From positions 727 through 64,726 of the forward strand of contig NMRA01000593.1 of assembly GCA_002633005.1 (NCBI GenBank): a stretch of 64,000 nucleotides of DNA. Direction: 5' to 3'. A program made the position numbers and the translations under genes. The stretch comes from Phoronis australis (Eukaryota > Animalia > Phoronida). The notes beneath the pieces are model-generated. The model did no database searches, was not told the origin of the DNA, and worked only from the letters and a program-made list of their open reading frames with translations. This document shows positions 14,276-27,289 of the stretch, one piece after another. Numbering within the stretch: the first letter of the stretch is position 1; the number at the start of each line of letters is the position of its first letter.

Positions 14276-14491
14276 CGTAACATTCTGGCTGAAAACCATC
14301 AAATGTCCAATAAAAAATGTTGTAGTCACGTGCAATCTGCCTACACTTTGGCCTGTTGTAATGTTGCTGACTACGTGGGATGACGTAACCTGAATGACAA
14401 CGATATTCGCACGTGCTTCCGGAAGTCTTACCATCACAAACCAGATCCGCGTTCGCTAATTTACTGACCGGATTTTCCGCACACATACCCC
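14276..14491 (-). CDS. Gene B exon, CCP/Sushi domain
   Basis: ttttcag|..|gtaagt, 216 nt, phase 1-1; MCAENP..NADLVC..GSTCEYRCHSGY..C..W..PECY. Confidence 0.88.
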
Positions 14492-15013
14492 CTGAAAATG
14501 TGTTCAACGTCTTATTAAATCGAGCCAGAAAACAAATTGAGTAAATAATGTTGATGACGAATTTACAAAACAATGGTACACAGCATCAATAACGATATTA
14601 AGCGGATCAACGTTAGAAACAAATGTACAATTTGAAAAGATACCCCATCGAATATTTCTACCGGCATGAGATTCAGGTGGTTCCGTGTTTACTATGTGTA
14701 TAGAGACTTAAGCAAGTAGTTAATCTTGCAAAAAACAGAAAAAAAGAAATAACTCTTTGTAGATAATTTCCTGAAATAACCTAGTTATTCGTATTTATCT
14801 TGAGATTTTAAAATCCTCGCACATACTGATACACTTTGTCGTTGTTGTTATGACTCTCGATTCGTTGTACTGGAAATTCATATTAAAACTGTTCTCTCAT
14901 CTCACACGTTTTAATACAAAAGATTAGCACGTGCTCCTTTTGACGGTAATGAGAGATTTCTCCAACAGATAGTAAGTGGGTTCAATGAAAGAACATAAGC
15001 GACTACATGTACG

Positions 15014-17025
15014 CTAGGCATTTATCCGTCTTCTTGGAAACATGGAATTATGGTCCCCATACACAAAAAAGGCTCCAAAACTGAAATTTCAAATTATCGC
15101 CCAATAACATTACTTAACACCCTGTCCAAAATCTTGGAGAAGATCATTGCTCAAAGTATTCTTACATTTCTCAAACAAAACAACTTGATCTATCATCGTC
15201 AATTTGTTTTTTTGCGTGGGAACAGCACCGTGGCACAACTTGTTGAAATAGTACATGAGATTCATTTACATTTTGAGAAGGGAGAGAGATTCAGGTCCAT
15301 TTTTCTAGATATAGCTTCTGCTTTCGACTGTGTCCCTCACGACCTTCTACTTCACAAACTTCGATCCTATGGCATTACTGGTAATCTTTTAAACATGATC
15401 ACCTCATATCTCTCCGAAAGAACATACAGTGTTCGTGTCGATGGCGTACTTTCAATTTTATCCCATCCTGGATTTGTAAACGCAGGTGTACCGCAGGGTA
15501 GCGTATTGGGCCCTCTTCTCTTCTTGGTTTATATTAATGACCTTCCTGATAACCTGTCATGTAGCACATACCTTTATGCAGATGACACGGCGCTTTTTTA
15601 CCCCTTCGCAGGGAGCAGCCCTGAATGTTCTTTGCAGCTTCAACACGACTTAAATAAACTAAGCTATTGGTCACAAGAATGGAGAATGAATTTTAAACCA
15701 GAAAAAAGCGTTGACCTTACCTTCTCCAAATCTATTAATGCTCTCTTCCTTGTTGACCCGTCTTATGACCTTAAACTTAATGATGAAATCATTCCTAGAA
15801 AACAGTCGCACAGACATCTGGGTATACTGTTAGATGAAAAACTCTCATTCACCCCTCACGTTCGGGAGCTCGTACAAAAAACTCAGGAACTAATTAACCC
15901 ACTTAAGCTTGTCTCTCGTCATCTGAATTCTACACATTTAGAAGTTTTGTTCAAGTCCTTTGTACTTCCACACATTGATTATTGTGATATTATATATCAG
16001 TCTGCCAATACGGGTGCACTCCAACATTTGGAGAAGTTACAATATCAAGCCGCCTTACTCATAACTGGAGCTTACAGGGGATCCAATAGTGTTAAGGTTT
16101 TGAATAATCTCAAGTGGCCCAAACTGTCTACTCGACGCAATCTTCACATGACCACATTTACGTTCAAGGTAATAAACAATGTCAACAACGTGTCTGTCAA
16201 AAAAATATTTGATCTATATATTAGACAAGGCCATCGTAGTGATTTGAGATTCTCCACCCCATATGCAATTCCTCCGTCGTTCAGTCAGGCATTCAGAAGG
16301 TCTACAGTCATGATGTGCATCAACAACTGGAATTCTCTTCCAGTCTCTGTTAAGGAAAGCAACTCTTTTACGAGTATAAAAAATAATTTTAGAACTGTTT
16401 TTCATAATTTTGATAACTCAACACCCTTGACTCAATTCTCCCTTACCCGCGATAACGAAATAGCATTGTACAGATCAAGATGTGGCCTTTTCCTCAACTC
16501 TGACAAGTTCAGGCACAACTTTAGTAATGTATCTCCAAACTGTAAATGTGGTGACCATCAATCTTATCCTCATATTTTCTTCAAATGTCCCCTCATCGAA
16601 TCCCTGAGAGACTCACTCTTTCGTGCACTCAATGATAACCAATCAGTTGTTAACGCTCTCAATTCTTGTAATAATATCCCTACTAGAGTTACATTATTAC
16701 TGAATGGTAGTCCTAACCTTGACTTTGTTCTCAACGAATTCCTCCTAAGCAACGTTAGCAAATTTTTATGTACCGTTTATCAATACTGTTGCATCTGATT
16801 TCCCTACATGAATCTGTAAATATTTTTGTTTTTATATATCTGTAATAGCATGTCTAAGTATTGGAATACTTATTTTAGATACTACTTAATTGTATATACC
16901 TCTATGTATATAAGTTTCATTTTTGAATTGTTTACAACCCAGATATAATGCTTCGCGGTTTCTGGGTTTGTTATTATTTCTTTGTATGTTCTGTGTATCC
17001 TTCAATAAATATATATCACAGTGAA
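15014..17025 (+). mobile_element. 5'-truncated non-LTR retrotransposon (CR1/L2-group LINE)
   Basis: RT reading frame open from the truncation point; 3'UTR stem aacccaga..tctgggtt (16936-16968); AATAAA near 17003; 12-bp TSD actacatgtacg at 15002-15013 and 17026-17037. Confidence 0.92.
15050..16798 (+). CDS. LINE ORF2 fragment: reverse transcriptase plus C-terminal Cys/His motif; endonuclease absent
   Basis: NYRPITLL, FLDIASAFD, GVPQGSVLGP, YADD, HLGI motifs; CKCG..H..KCP; QFVF in place of the usual QFGF. Confidence 0.9.
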   Translation: MVPIHKKGSKTEISNYRPITLLNTLSKILEKIIAQSILTFLKQNNLIYHRQFVFLRGNSTVAQLVEIVHEIHLHFEKGERFRSIFLDIASAFDCVPHDLLLHKLRSYGITGNLLNMITSYLSERTYSVRVDGVLSILSHPGFVNAGVPQGSVLGPLLFLVYINDLPDNLSCSTYLYADDTALFYPFAGSSPECSLQLQHDLNKLSYWSQEWRMNFKPEKSVDLTFSKSINALFLVDPSYDLKLNDEIIPRKQSHRHLGILLDEKLSFTPHVRELVQKTQELINPLKLVSRHLNSTHLEVLFKSFVLPHIDYCDIIYQSANTGALQHLEKLQYQAALLITGAYRGSNSVKVLNNLKWPKLSTRRNLHMTTFTFKVINNVNNVSVKKIFDLYIRQGHRSDLRFSTPYAIPPSFSQAFRRSTVMMCINNWNSLPVSVKESNSFTSIKNNFRTVFHNFDNSTPLTQFSLTRDNEIALYRSRCGLFLNSDKFRHNFSNVSPNCKCGDHQSYPHIFFKCPLIESLRDSLFRALNDNQSVVNALNSCNNIPTRVTLLLNGSPNLDFVLNEFLLSNVSKFLCTVYQYCCI

Positions 17026-17040
17026 ACTACATGTACGTAC

Positions 17041-17220
17041 TTAAGCACAGAGGTTTACCCCTCCAATATAAAGTGTTCCCGGAATCCTCACACACAGGAG
17101 GCGCTGTAGCTCGAAAGTAACCCTCACAGCACGAGTATTCGCAATCCCTTCCCCAAACTCTATCACACCCTGCTTTAACCCAGCCATGGTCTGGTGGTCG
17201 AGGAGAGCCACAACGCCTCA
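17041..17220 (-). CDS. Gene B exon, CCP/Sushi domain
   Basis: tttcag|..|gtacgt, 180 nt, phase 1-1; RRCGSPRPPDHG..C..WGRDCEYSCCEGY..C..W.GKPLC. Confidence 0.88.
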
Positions 17221-18400
17221 CTGAAATATAGGGAGTAGATCAAGACAACGCAAAACGCTGTAGAAGACAAAATACACCGACAATACATTAGACTATTAAA
17301 ATGATCGCGTAAATTGTCCATAATATTTTCATTTCACAGTTCCTATACAGTATTAAATCCGCTTGCATGCAGTAGGTATCAAATGTCTTAGGGAAAATAT
17401 TGCCTCATTTTTTTACCCTGAAAGGTATTCTAGCTAAGAGATTTTCGCTTTTAAGCGAAAAACTAAAAAAGCGATCAGGTTCAGCGGACCGCTTATTATA
17501 GTTCCCATTGAGCGTCTATTAAAACCATTGTAACTTTAAAGGAGAACATGAATCCTTTTGGAGATGGATATTTCAAATTTGCACATTGTGAAACTTGTTT
17601 TGAACCATTACAGTGAGAGTTTGTGCAAATTAAAGCGAAATTATAAAAAACAACTTCTTCACCGGAAACTTGAGGTTGAGACCAAGTTCCAAAAATGTCA
17701 GCCGATCCGAGTACTGAGAAATTGTCCACTAGCTTTTCTGGTCAGAAGTTTGATTTCAGTAGTTGAGTCAACCGTCTATTTTCAGTCCCAGCCTCGGTTG
17801 TGCGCATAGCAATGCCATTTTGAGTAAAAGAATGGTGCCAGTAATAACCCTTAATACGTCAGCGTTCTGACTGTGCCTCGCTTCCGCTGTCACGGTCAGC
17901 CTCCTTTAGACTATTTGGCAAGTTGATAGTTTGCTTGTAGCTTGAAACTGAGTGCCATCAATTGCGTGATTGGACATTCATTTGCATAAATCACAAAGTA
18001 CGTGAGCACTCGGAAACGGGTCCTTGCCTTGAGTTTGTTCTAAAGTATATGTAGAACGCCAAATGTCATAAATGGTTTCGAGTTCGATTTCAAGTTCATA
18101 AATTAGACCCCGGATCCAGGACTACACTCTCAAACTTGAGCTTGGTCTGTCAAATCGTGTGTTGAAATAGTTTTGAAATGGTACTTAATCAGATATTTGT
18201 TTGGTTTCTTTTTTCATTCATTGTATTGATATTACACTTTCTTTCTCATCACCGACTTGCTGTCTATCTAGAAGACCTCCCAGTCGTCTATGCACCTACC
18301 CACTTGTCTATCAACCCACCAATCCACCACTCCATCCATTCATCCACCCGCTGCCTATTTTCTATCCGAGTCTCTTTATTTCAGTTTTAGGGCCACTTAC

Positions 18401-18531
18401 CACTAACGTGCAGCTGCACACACTTTGTGAACTTGCATTTATCCCAGTAACCTGTGTACGTCAGTGATCGCGTTCCTTCTGACAACCACGTTCCATACGA
18501 GTTATACCACGACGGGGGCGAGTAGCAGCTC
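18401..18531 (-). CDS. Gene B probable exon, C-terminal half of a divergent HYR-like domain
   Basis: cgtag|..|gtaagt, 131 nt, phase 2-1; SCYSPPSWYNSYGTWLSEGTRSLTYTGYWDKCKFTKCVQLHVS joins in frame to the 17041-17220 CCP exon. Confidence 0.6.
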
Positions 18532-21267
18532 CTACGTTTCGAATCGAATACATTTACAATCAAGAAGCATCGATTAGAAGAATAGAACATATTTAAGAGT
18601 TAGTCTTAGGGGACTTGTTTAGGTGGCGCCACATCCTAGTCAATCATGTACGCCGCAAGATTTTTTGCAAATTACGCTAAACCATTGGTAAACCTTCAAA
18701 GTCACGCTACCGTGAGTACGTGTACGTTTCAAATGTAGTTGGACGCTTTTGGAGGCAATTGGAGTTTTTTAAATATTTCCAGCTCAACATTTTCCCAACA
18801 AGTCTTTCGTTTCTATACCGAAATCGTGAACTGTCATTTCTGCTGTGATTGTATTACTGCGCATGTCTAGAAGCACTCGAGGTAGACCTCTCTGAAAAAA
18901 CAATAGAATCATGAAATGGCGACGATATGCGCAACGGATGTTCATAAGCGTACTTTTTCGAGTTTTTCGTCGAAATGTAGGCGAACAGCACACACACGTA
19001 CACATGGGAGAGTGAACATACAGTAATGTTTAGCCGAAAATTCGGTGAAATACGGGCAATAAAAACATAGTTTCTTGACGGTTTGGTAAAACGTGTACTT
19101 GACGCTTGCTGTTGATTTGCCTTCATGTACTTGTGGGAGTAGTCTGGGGAAGGTTTGAACAAAACTACTGCCACAAAATGGTGCGTATGATGTGTAGATG
19201 CCTTAGTGATCGTGGATATTTCATAATTATTGGCGCTTTCCAGTAAACTGCGACTTCCGCTTGCCTGATCCCGCCTCACATTGAGGCGAACACTAACTGA
19301 AGAAAGTAGGAACGGAACGAGGGGAGCTAATTCAAAAACTACTTCCATGTTGTTTAAGAATCACAGTGAATGTTTCGCGTATTTGAATGGCAAATATGAT
19401 TCAAATGACACCAGATACTACAAATGAAATGCATCTCGTTGAGCAGCAAACACATACCAAAACGTTGTTATCAAAACAAGATTCTGCGTAAAATCATTTT
19501 TATGTGCCAAAACTCTTAAATTTAGAGATCGGTGAATTATTAGTCACGTGAGTAATTAAAAGGGTCTATAGCAAGCAAAAGTATTTGTCTCACCCACAGT
19601 TCAGCTGAGGACTGTCCTTGTAGTGAGGGGTATGCTGAACACCGTAATAAACCAGACATGGGAGTAGGTGATTTACTATTACCCAAGCATACAAAACCTG
19701 TACTTTTTTCGAGTGTGACAAACTCCTGTCCCTTAACTTGAGACCACTGGTACTAAAACACATATCAAATGTTTCAGGGCCATTCACCTGTGTAAACTGT
19801 ATAATCCTCTGCCTTTCCCTATATGTCTGGACCCAACCTGATAGTGCACACCTAGGGCTGCAATTAGTGAGCATCAAGGGCTTATCTTAGCAAGCCAAAC
19901 GGGTGGCATTTCAATTGAACGAGGTCATCACCAAACTGTGGACTATGAGCTTCATGCAAAACAAACCGCCATACATCCCCCGTCGCGTTTGTGTCCGCAG
20001 TGCCATTGGTCAAACCAAAGAACTGCCCCTTTACATATTTATAGCGTCAAACCAAGTTATACAACCTCCTCACAACTGTCCGGTACACTGTAGGAGATTG
20101 CCAGAATCAGTCACATCTTTCCGGGCAGCACAATTGACTGTTCCCAAATACTACCACAAATAAACTGGCGTTACGGCACCATGGCGACCACGAACAGAGA
20201 AAATGCGCTAGGCTCAAGTCAACGGCAGCCAAGATCATCGTGTTGATGTATCAAACACCTCGATACAGGCTAAATCTTTGGCCTCATGCTGCATCACTAT
20301 TTCATCCGGGTAGAGCCCTCATCTCTCCCATAGGCAATAGCATATTCATTACTGGTATTTAAGTGACTTAGCTCATCACCGGCGGTCCTCGTTTGTACGG
20401 TCAACAGTGCACCAGTTAAACGTACGGCCATAGTTTACGCGGCCAGTACAATAGGCTACATGCCACGTTGCTCCTGCAGCCCTCCCTTACACACATCCCC
20501 TCTTTCCTATCACCCGCACCTGGGTCACGGCCATAAACCACGTTTGTTGTGGCGGTGTACAGGGCTGATCGTCCATGAGCAGTCCTGTCCATGTGGAGAT
20601 ATGTGGGCAAAATACCACCGCCCCTTACCTCCATGAACTGTATGTACCCACACAGCGACAGCACTGCTCACTCCGGGCTTTCCGCAACTGAGCAAATTAA
20701 TGTTTCCACATTCCGGTAGACTGGCTCACTCAGTGCGGCCGGAACCTCTGTTGTCAGTATTATCGCCCAGTTGGCCGTTATCCTGATATTGCATATTCGT
20801 TTTTTTCTCCTTTGACAGTTAGTAGCCATCTGCTAGTTCAAGTTGTCGTTTTACACCAGCCCTTATAGCAAGCAATCGGACAATACCCATTTGGTTTTCG
20901 CTAGCTACGTACGTAAGAATCCTGCAGCACCCATCTGGTACCTACATATATAAGTGATTACTGTTGTTTCGTGATGATACCCTGATGCGTACCGCAACTT
21001 CTGTGTATCACAGAAATTGCCAACATCCCTGTAACAAACTTCATCAAACCACTCTCGTTTTGTGTTATTTGTCGACAACATTGACCAATAATGACTACGT
21101 ACACGATATTTCCCTCCTAGCCAACTCTGGAATATACATGTATGAGTGGAGACAACGTTGGCGTGAAAGTAATCCAACGCGAATTCTGGCCTCCACACAC
21201 ACGCAGTTGTTGCAGTTGACATATAGGCCTAGTCGTTGGGTTGCAAGGCACGATGTTTACACTCCAT

Positions 21268-22887
21268 GCAAGGGGGAACATTTATGACAGGAGTCTCGGA
21301 CAATTGTCATATTAGCGCTTATATGACAATAGCGGATTTGCAGCGACGCCATATTGAAATTAGGTTAAAATGGCGCATTGTGGGTGCTGTGGTCAGGATT
21401 CCGAAAGCGGCCTTAGTAACAAGCATAATACGCGGTATGAGCGCGAAGAAAACTTACGGCGGATACACTTGTTGTGTTCCTGGCTGCTTCAAAAACAACA
21501 AGAGGGATAAAAATCTTAGTTTGTGTGTTCCCTGCAAACCAAGAACTTCGTGAAAAATGGATAAACAACATTAGGAGACCTGGGAGTAAGGGAAAATTTA
21601 GCGCATTCAAACAAACGCGGGGCCATCTAGTAGGTAACACGTAGCCCCTCGGTTGGCCATGTTGGGGCTACAATACTTCCTTCCGCTTTCTGTACTAATT
21701 TCGTTACTCCAGTGTATTTTAAACGGGCCGTGACCGGATTTGGGTTACCGATTTCGAGTTTTCACCTCGTCAAAAATACAATCTATACACTTAAAACTAT
21801 CATTTAAAAAACCCTTACTTTCATCATTGGTCCTTTCTACTTCTATACATATCTTTAATGAAGCTTAGTTGTGAGAATTAAGTTGACTTAAGCGAAGAAT
21901 TACAACTCAGCTTTTTTGGTTGCCGTTAATTTTATCACCGCGTGCGCGATAACCAAAAAGCATGTCAACTGAATCCCGGAGTTAGGCGCAAGGTTAGCGC
22001 GAGACTGAGCGAAGCGCGTGACGCTAGCGCGCGACACTTGTAAAATAGCATGAGATGGTATCGGGTGAAACTTGTAAGATGTGTGTCCCTTGGACGTTTT
22101 ACTCGTATACATGCGTAATTTCACGTAACTTCCTCAAAATGGCACCCGGTAACCGTGACTGAGAGAAACTCGAACAAACCGCGACAGATTTTCATCGCCG
22201 GATTCGTTCAAGTTTTGCTGACTAAATTGTATCCAGAGTCGTGGTATGTGTTAATTATAACTCCGTCTTCCTATATGTATGCCGGGTTCATTTGATTTTA
22301 TTTGCTGTATTTTGAACTGAGTAACTTTTTGTGAGGATGTACTATCGCCCCTGAATGCCTGCGGCATCCAGTGCGATGTAAATGCCTAGGGGCCATCGTG
22401 TGTGCAGCGAACATTTTCCTGGTGGAAAAAAGACTTATGAGAACAACATTCCGACGGAGTTTCCACTTAAAATTAACGTCTCTAGCATATACACGGCGAA
22501 AGCTACAAAAGTTAAGCAACCCAAGAACTCTCAACTTGTCTGAAATAGGAGGAGATTTCGAAATCAACGCCGATAACCCCAATACTGAACACGGCGACAG
22601 TCGTGCTCTCGGTCACACGGTCACTGATCATAGCTACAGGTGTACGCTGTGTTTACAAACGAGAGAGAGGACTTGCTTGGTATTATAAAGCAAAAAATGA
22701 AACATGGTTTTTAGTTTGCAAATCACTCCATATGCACACACTATCCAGCCTGCTCAAGACATGCCTGACCACAAGCTATCCCATGAGCCTTCGCGAAGGA
22801 AGTAACTCGCACATGCGCAATTCGTAGTTCGTCTGCGCTGCAAATCCGCTATTGTCCGAGACTCCTGTCATAAATGTTCCTCCTTGC
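21268..22887 (+). mobile_element. Non-autonomous DNA transposon with THAP remnant (ISL2EU-like)
   Basis: TIR gcaagg(g/a)ggaacatttatgacaggagtctcggacaat at both ends, flanked by AT/AT; frameshifted THAP domain YTCCVPGC..FP..LREKWINNIRR at ~21437-21625. Confidence 0.75.
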
Positions 22888-25800
22888 ATTTATTGCAATT
22901 GTCATATTAGCGCTTATACTTGTACATGTCCAAAACAACAAAGAATTTTAACTCGGGCTTCGCATGTAACGAATCTCGATATAATAACCAGTGGTGCAAA
23001 CACGTACGTTGTATAAACTATCTCGTCGTTTCAATGTGCAACTTGCAACATGTACCTTGAGTTAACTGCTACTTGTTGCGTTTAAATTTCTTGACAGCAT
23101 TGTATTGAAAACTTATTGCGTTGCCCCTGTTTAGCTCCTAAGGGACTGTCCCCAAAAAGATACAGAGTTGGTGCCAATTCTTGCAAAGTATCATCAAAAG
23201 TTCCACTGTTTCAGATATTCGAACAGTCCCTTGCGTAATCCTGGCTACGGGCTTAGCCGATGTGACAACATATCAAACTTTCCTGGCCTCACTGAACCAT
23301 TGCCTGTACATACCTATTTTAATGGTGTTGTTGTACGGTGATTTTGCCTTTATTGAAATCAAACTCCATAATTCCTTCTTGAAACAACAACATTGACAAA
23401 TAAATTGTATAGTTTTAACTTGTGATAGATTTAAATTCGAGTACCCCAGTACACTCCCGAAAAACACTCATGTCTCGTTAACAATGGTGTTTAGAGACGA
23501 AACTTGACTTTTGCCAAAGATTCCGTAAGTGGGAAAGGTCAGCTCCGGTAATTAATATGCAAGGGAAAGTTCGCTTAAAACAACAGAATTTAAAACCAAA
23601 GCTTTGGTGTAGTGGGAACACCAAAAGGAAGTTTCGTCGAAGTTAGCGGTAGAGGTCGCGTCAACGATACACGATCAGGCAAGACTGGCAAAACGCATTC
23701 GCCGTTATTGTAGCTCTCAATCGGTGGACATAAATGAATAATGAAATCATATATGATGAGGAACGACGCTGATCCTTTTCATAAATACTTGTAAATACTC
23801 AATATTCGTTTGAGAGTACGATTGAACTGCATCTACGCAAATGTACTAGTGCAATCGATTGGGCCTGAGACGTTTCGTTTGAACGCACCAATGCGCAACC
23901 TGATGATGATGATTCATGTTCACGCACAATTCGAGTTTCTAGGAACAAGGAAGTACATTCAGCGAAATACGATATTCCGCATAATGTACTCTCTGTTCAT
24001 ATCAGGTTACTATAGCTGTTTTCAAGTGACGTAAAATGTAACAAATATGATAAGTTATTTATCTCATACAAGTTGAATCTGTCGAGGGAAATACGGTCAT
24101 GTAATAAAGTTTTCCGTATTCACCTCCCGCACTACTTCAACAGTGACCCCTGACATGGAAAGTTCTAAAGGTAGGTCAATGTCGACTCGACGTCTTCAGC
24201 CGGTTCGATCATCAACCTTTCCGAATATAGTTTAAAGTAATACAGTTGCAGCAGTGTAACTAACACTCGATATGCAACCAGGCCCTAAACGTAAAATGAG
24301 GAACAAAACTGTAAATTAAATGACACTTATGTCTCAGTTTTCAATTGTGCCTATTCCTAGGAAACTACAATATCAAATATTGTTATTTTTTAGAAGTTCA
24401 TTGCCCAGTAGCCATTGTTTTCGTCTTTGTTCCCTATTTTGAAGAAATAAATCGTTACTTTTAAAACTGTTTCTTTTACAAGAGAAAACTTGCAACCTAA
24501 CGCGCAAGTACATACATATAGAATGTGATCCGCCATGTGAATAGTCTGGATCAAGTATTTAAAAAATCTGCAGAAAAAAATTAAGAAACTTAGGAATTCG
24601 AAGCGTATGGGACCTTATTCCTTATACCTAAATAATATTAACCAAAATATTTTTGAGGGTAATTTATACCCCAGAAACTGCGTGATGGACTGGCGTAAAA
24701 TATGTACGTTTGTCACACCCATTATAATTCAAGTTTTAAAGCTTTGTACTAAATATTTTGGACGTCAGTATAGAGCTACATTAAGAGCCCAACTTTTCAA
24801 GCTCTGTTCTTTCTCAAAAGCTGTGACAGACCTCAGGTCGAGGTTAAGTCTTTGTCCCAGAGGTCACATATGCAAATAATAGTAGTGAACTGTCGTTTTA
24901 TCCAATAGGCTGGTTTCAAGACAGCAGCAGAGATAAAAAAAACAAGAGTAAACACTACAGCCATTGGAGGCGTATAGTCATTGAGGACATTGATTACATA
25001 TTGAAGTTTTTGTCGTATGGGAAATTACGGGTGCCCTAACACTTATTCAATATACAACAATACTCAATGGGTCATGATAAGAGAGAAAAAATAATAGGAA
25101 AATCTGACTAGCGAAATTGTATTAGAAAAATTTGAATATTGAATTCAACTAGATGCTAAAATTGGGATTGTAGCTTTTGCGCCTAAAATAACAATTTCAC
25201 GACTGCCCCGGTGCACGTGAGAAGACAAGAATTCAAAATTTCCGGCATTCTAACAACCAGACTTTTGGCGACGCAGGATTAATGTGACATTTCCTGGTAG
25301 ACGTGCATCAGGCACTGGTAATAAATGCTATGACAAAAGTGTTTAAGTCAGGCTAACCGAAGCGTAAATATTTTGCTAGTACTTGCAATCACAGACGGGT
25401 CGACACCATTCAACTTTCGCTGACGTACTTCCTCTTGGAGCCGTTGCATACACGTTCTGGCTATCCGAACACCTTTTCAGGCAAGGAGGGCGGCATTGCT
25501 CTGAATTACAAAAGGAAATACCATTCTGAGCTTTATTCTTCCTTTTTGAAGCAATATAAAGAAAAATGCAGATGTTAACTTTTCTCGATAGATTTTGATG
25601 TATTTAAGAGAGTAAGGAAATTTTCTATACAGTTCAAAATGCTGAACACTTAGGGAATCATTTGTCAGAGTAAGATATTCAAATTCAAATCTCGCTCCTT
25701 GATGTTCCTTACGCAACTTATGTTTTACTTTTCTAACAAAAACAACTTTAGTGGAAATGAGCTAAGTTCCTAAATTCGACAAAATTAAAAATTAGCGAGA

Positions 25801-25965
25801 GTTCGCTACAACTGAAATGATAAAAAGCGCTAACTTCAAAGATAACTCGGATCCAGAACTGTTGCAGCTGATATAATGGACTAACCAATATCCTAATCAA
25901 TCCAAGTAGACAACATTTCTATCTTTGCATTGTCAAATACAAACTAACAGAAATTGAATACTTAC

Positions 25966-26020
25966 CTGAAAGGTTGACCCAGGAAAGGAAAACCATAAAG
26001 CATGTCCAAAAGAACAACAT
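25966..26020 (-). CDS. Gene B first coding exon, signal peptide MLFFWTCFMVFLSWVNLS
   Basis: gcaATG, 18 mostly hydrophobic codons, then CAG|gtaagt consensus donor in phase 1. Confidence 0.8.
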
Positions 26021-27289
26021 TGCGTCGATTCTTTGTCTCATCTCGTAGACTAGCTAATCATAGACGCTGAGCGGCACCTTTAAGCTCTGCAATCGCCTAA
26101 TAATTTAAAAACGCTGTGTGGTGAATAATATGCGTTTGATTTTCTATTGCATATGTGCTACAATATTGCAGAATATGTAATGGCACAAAATTGTCATTTG
26201 CATAGAATAAGCCCCTGGATCGAATACAGACAACGCACTTCCATTTTTTATAGCTTATAGCACAATGGGTAGTTTTTAAAAAAGAACTTTATACTTTGAT
26301 AGGCACGGTTTTCTATTACATTTTGTATCTCTGCTCGCAACGCTCAACTGAGTAACTTTTTCCATGAATGCTTTTTAAAAACCAGTTTTGCACTTTCATA
26401 CACAGGATTGTTTATTACACTTTATGATCCTGCTCGCAGCACTCGATAAACTGTGGTTGTTCATGGAAATACAGTAGTTTTAATGAATCTGACCGAAATT
26501 AAGGCCAGACAACTGCAAAATTATTCCAGAAAATTTATTGAAAAACTTCTTGCATTGAGACTTAACCCTGTTTTATATTTGAGATTTCACCACTTGTTTT
26601 GCCGGTTTCCCCAAAAACTGGACCTGTCAACCGTTGCAGGACACTTCATCACTTTGTCACCAAAGAGACAATGCTTCCCTGGAGTCACCAATTGGCCTGA
26701 TGGTTAGTTATTCTTTGTGACATACATGAAGGCATTGTTTGATGATGTCAGCTAGCCCACAGCTTCTGAAAAGCACTGATTTACTAGGCGGTCTCGCTCG
26801 TTAAACACAAGTGGATCGGTCAGTTCACTAATATTCCAGCCCATGGACGAAACTGTCGACTCGTCGAATACGTCACTGCCTTTTGACGAGGCTGCATTTC
26901 TTTCAAATGCGTGGTGGCTGATTTTGCAGACAGAAAAAACATGCACGCACCCAGCCTTCAACATGTGGGGGGCACGAATGGACTTTTTACTAACAAAATA
27001 GTCAGTTGACTAAAAAAAAAAACAAAAAAACAGTACCACGGTCGGGCTGTACTTGCTGCCCCTTTTTGGTAGACTTTTATCTCGTTTTCTCGGACTTTTT
27101 GCTTTTCTGGGGCGGACCTGTTTGCCCACTTCGCCAAATGGGGGGCTCATGGAAAAGCGAAATAACACATTTCGTCTATCGCCATTATTACAAACGAAGC
27201 ACGTGACCACATCAGCTGTCAGTTGTGGGAGGGTTTCTGCTGCATTTGCTGCATGATTACGTGTGAATTTTCAACAAGATTAAGCGGAT

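Larger units (their letters stand above)
1341..26020 (-). other. Gene B (5' portion; continues past the left edge): paralog of gene A, signal peptide followed by alternating CCP/HYR exons
   Basis: Signal-peptide exon plus 9 domain exons with consistent splice phases; the last three exons align with the first three of gene A. Confidence 0.85.

Noticed and set aside
15050-16798. RT as a retron, DGR or group II intron system diversifying the receptor
   Set aside because: Motifs, 5' truncation, 3'UTR and TSD are those of an ordinary LINE; no template/variable repeat pair seen
19570-21240. GC-richer block with several short ORFs
   Set aside because: Probably decayed repeat sequence; no recognisable protein motif or termini
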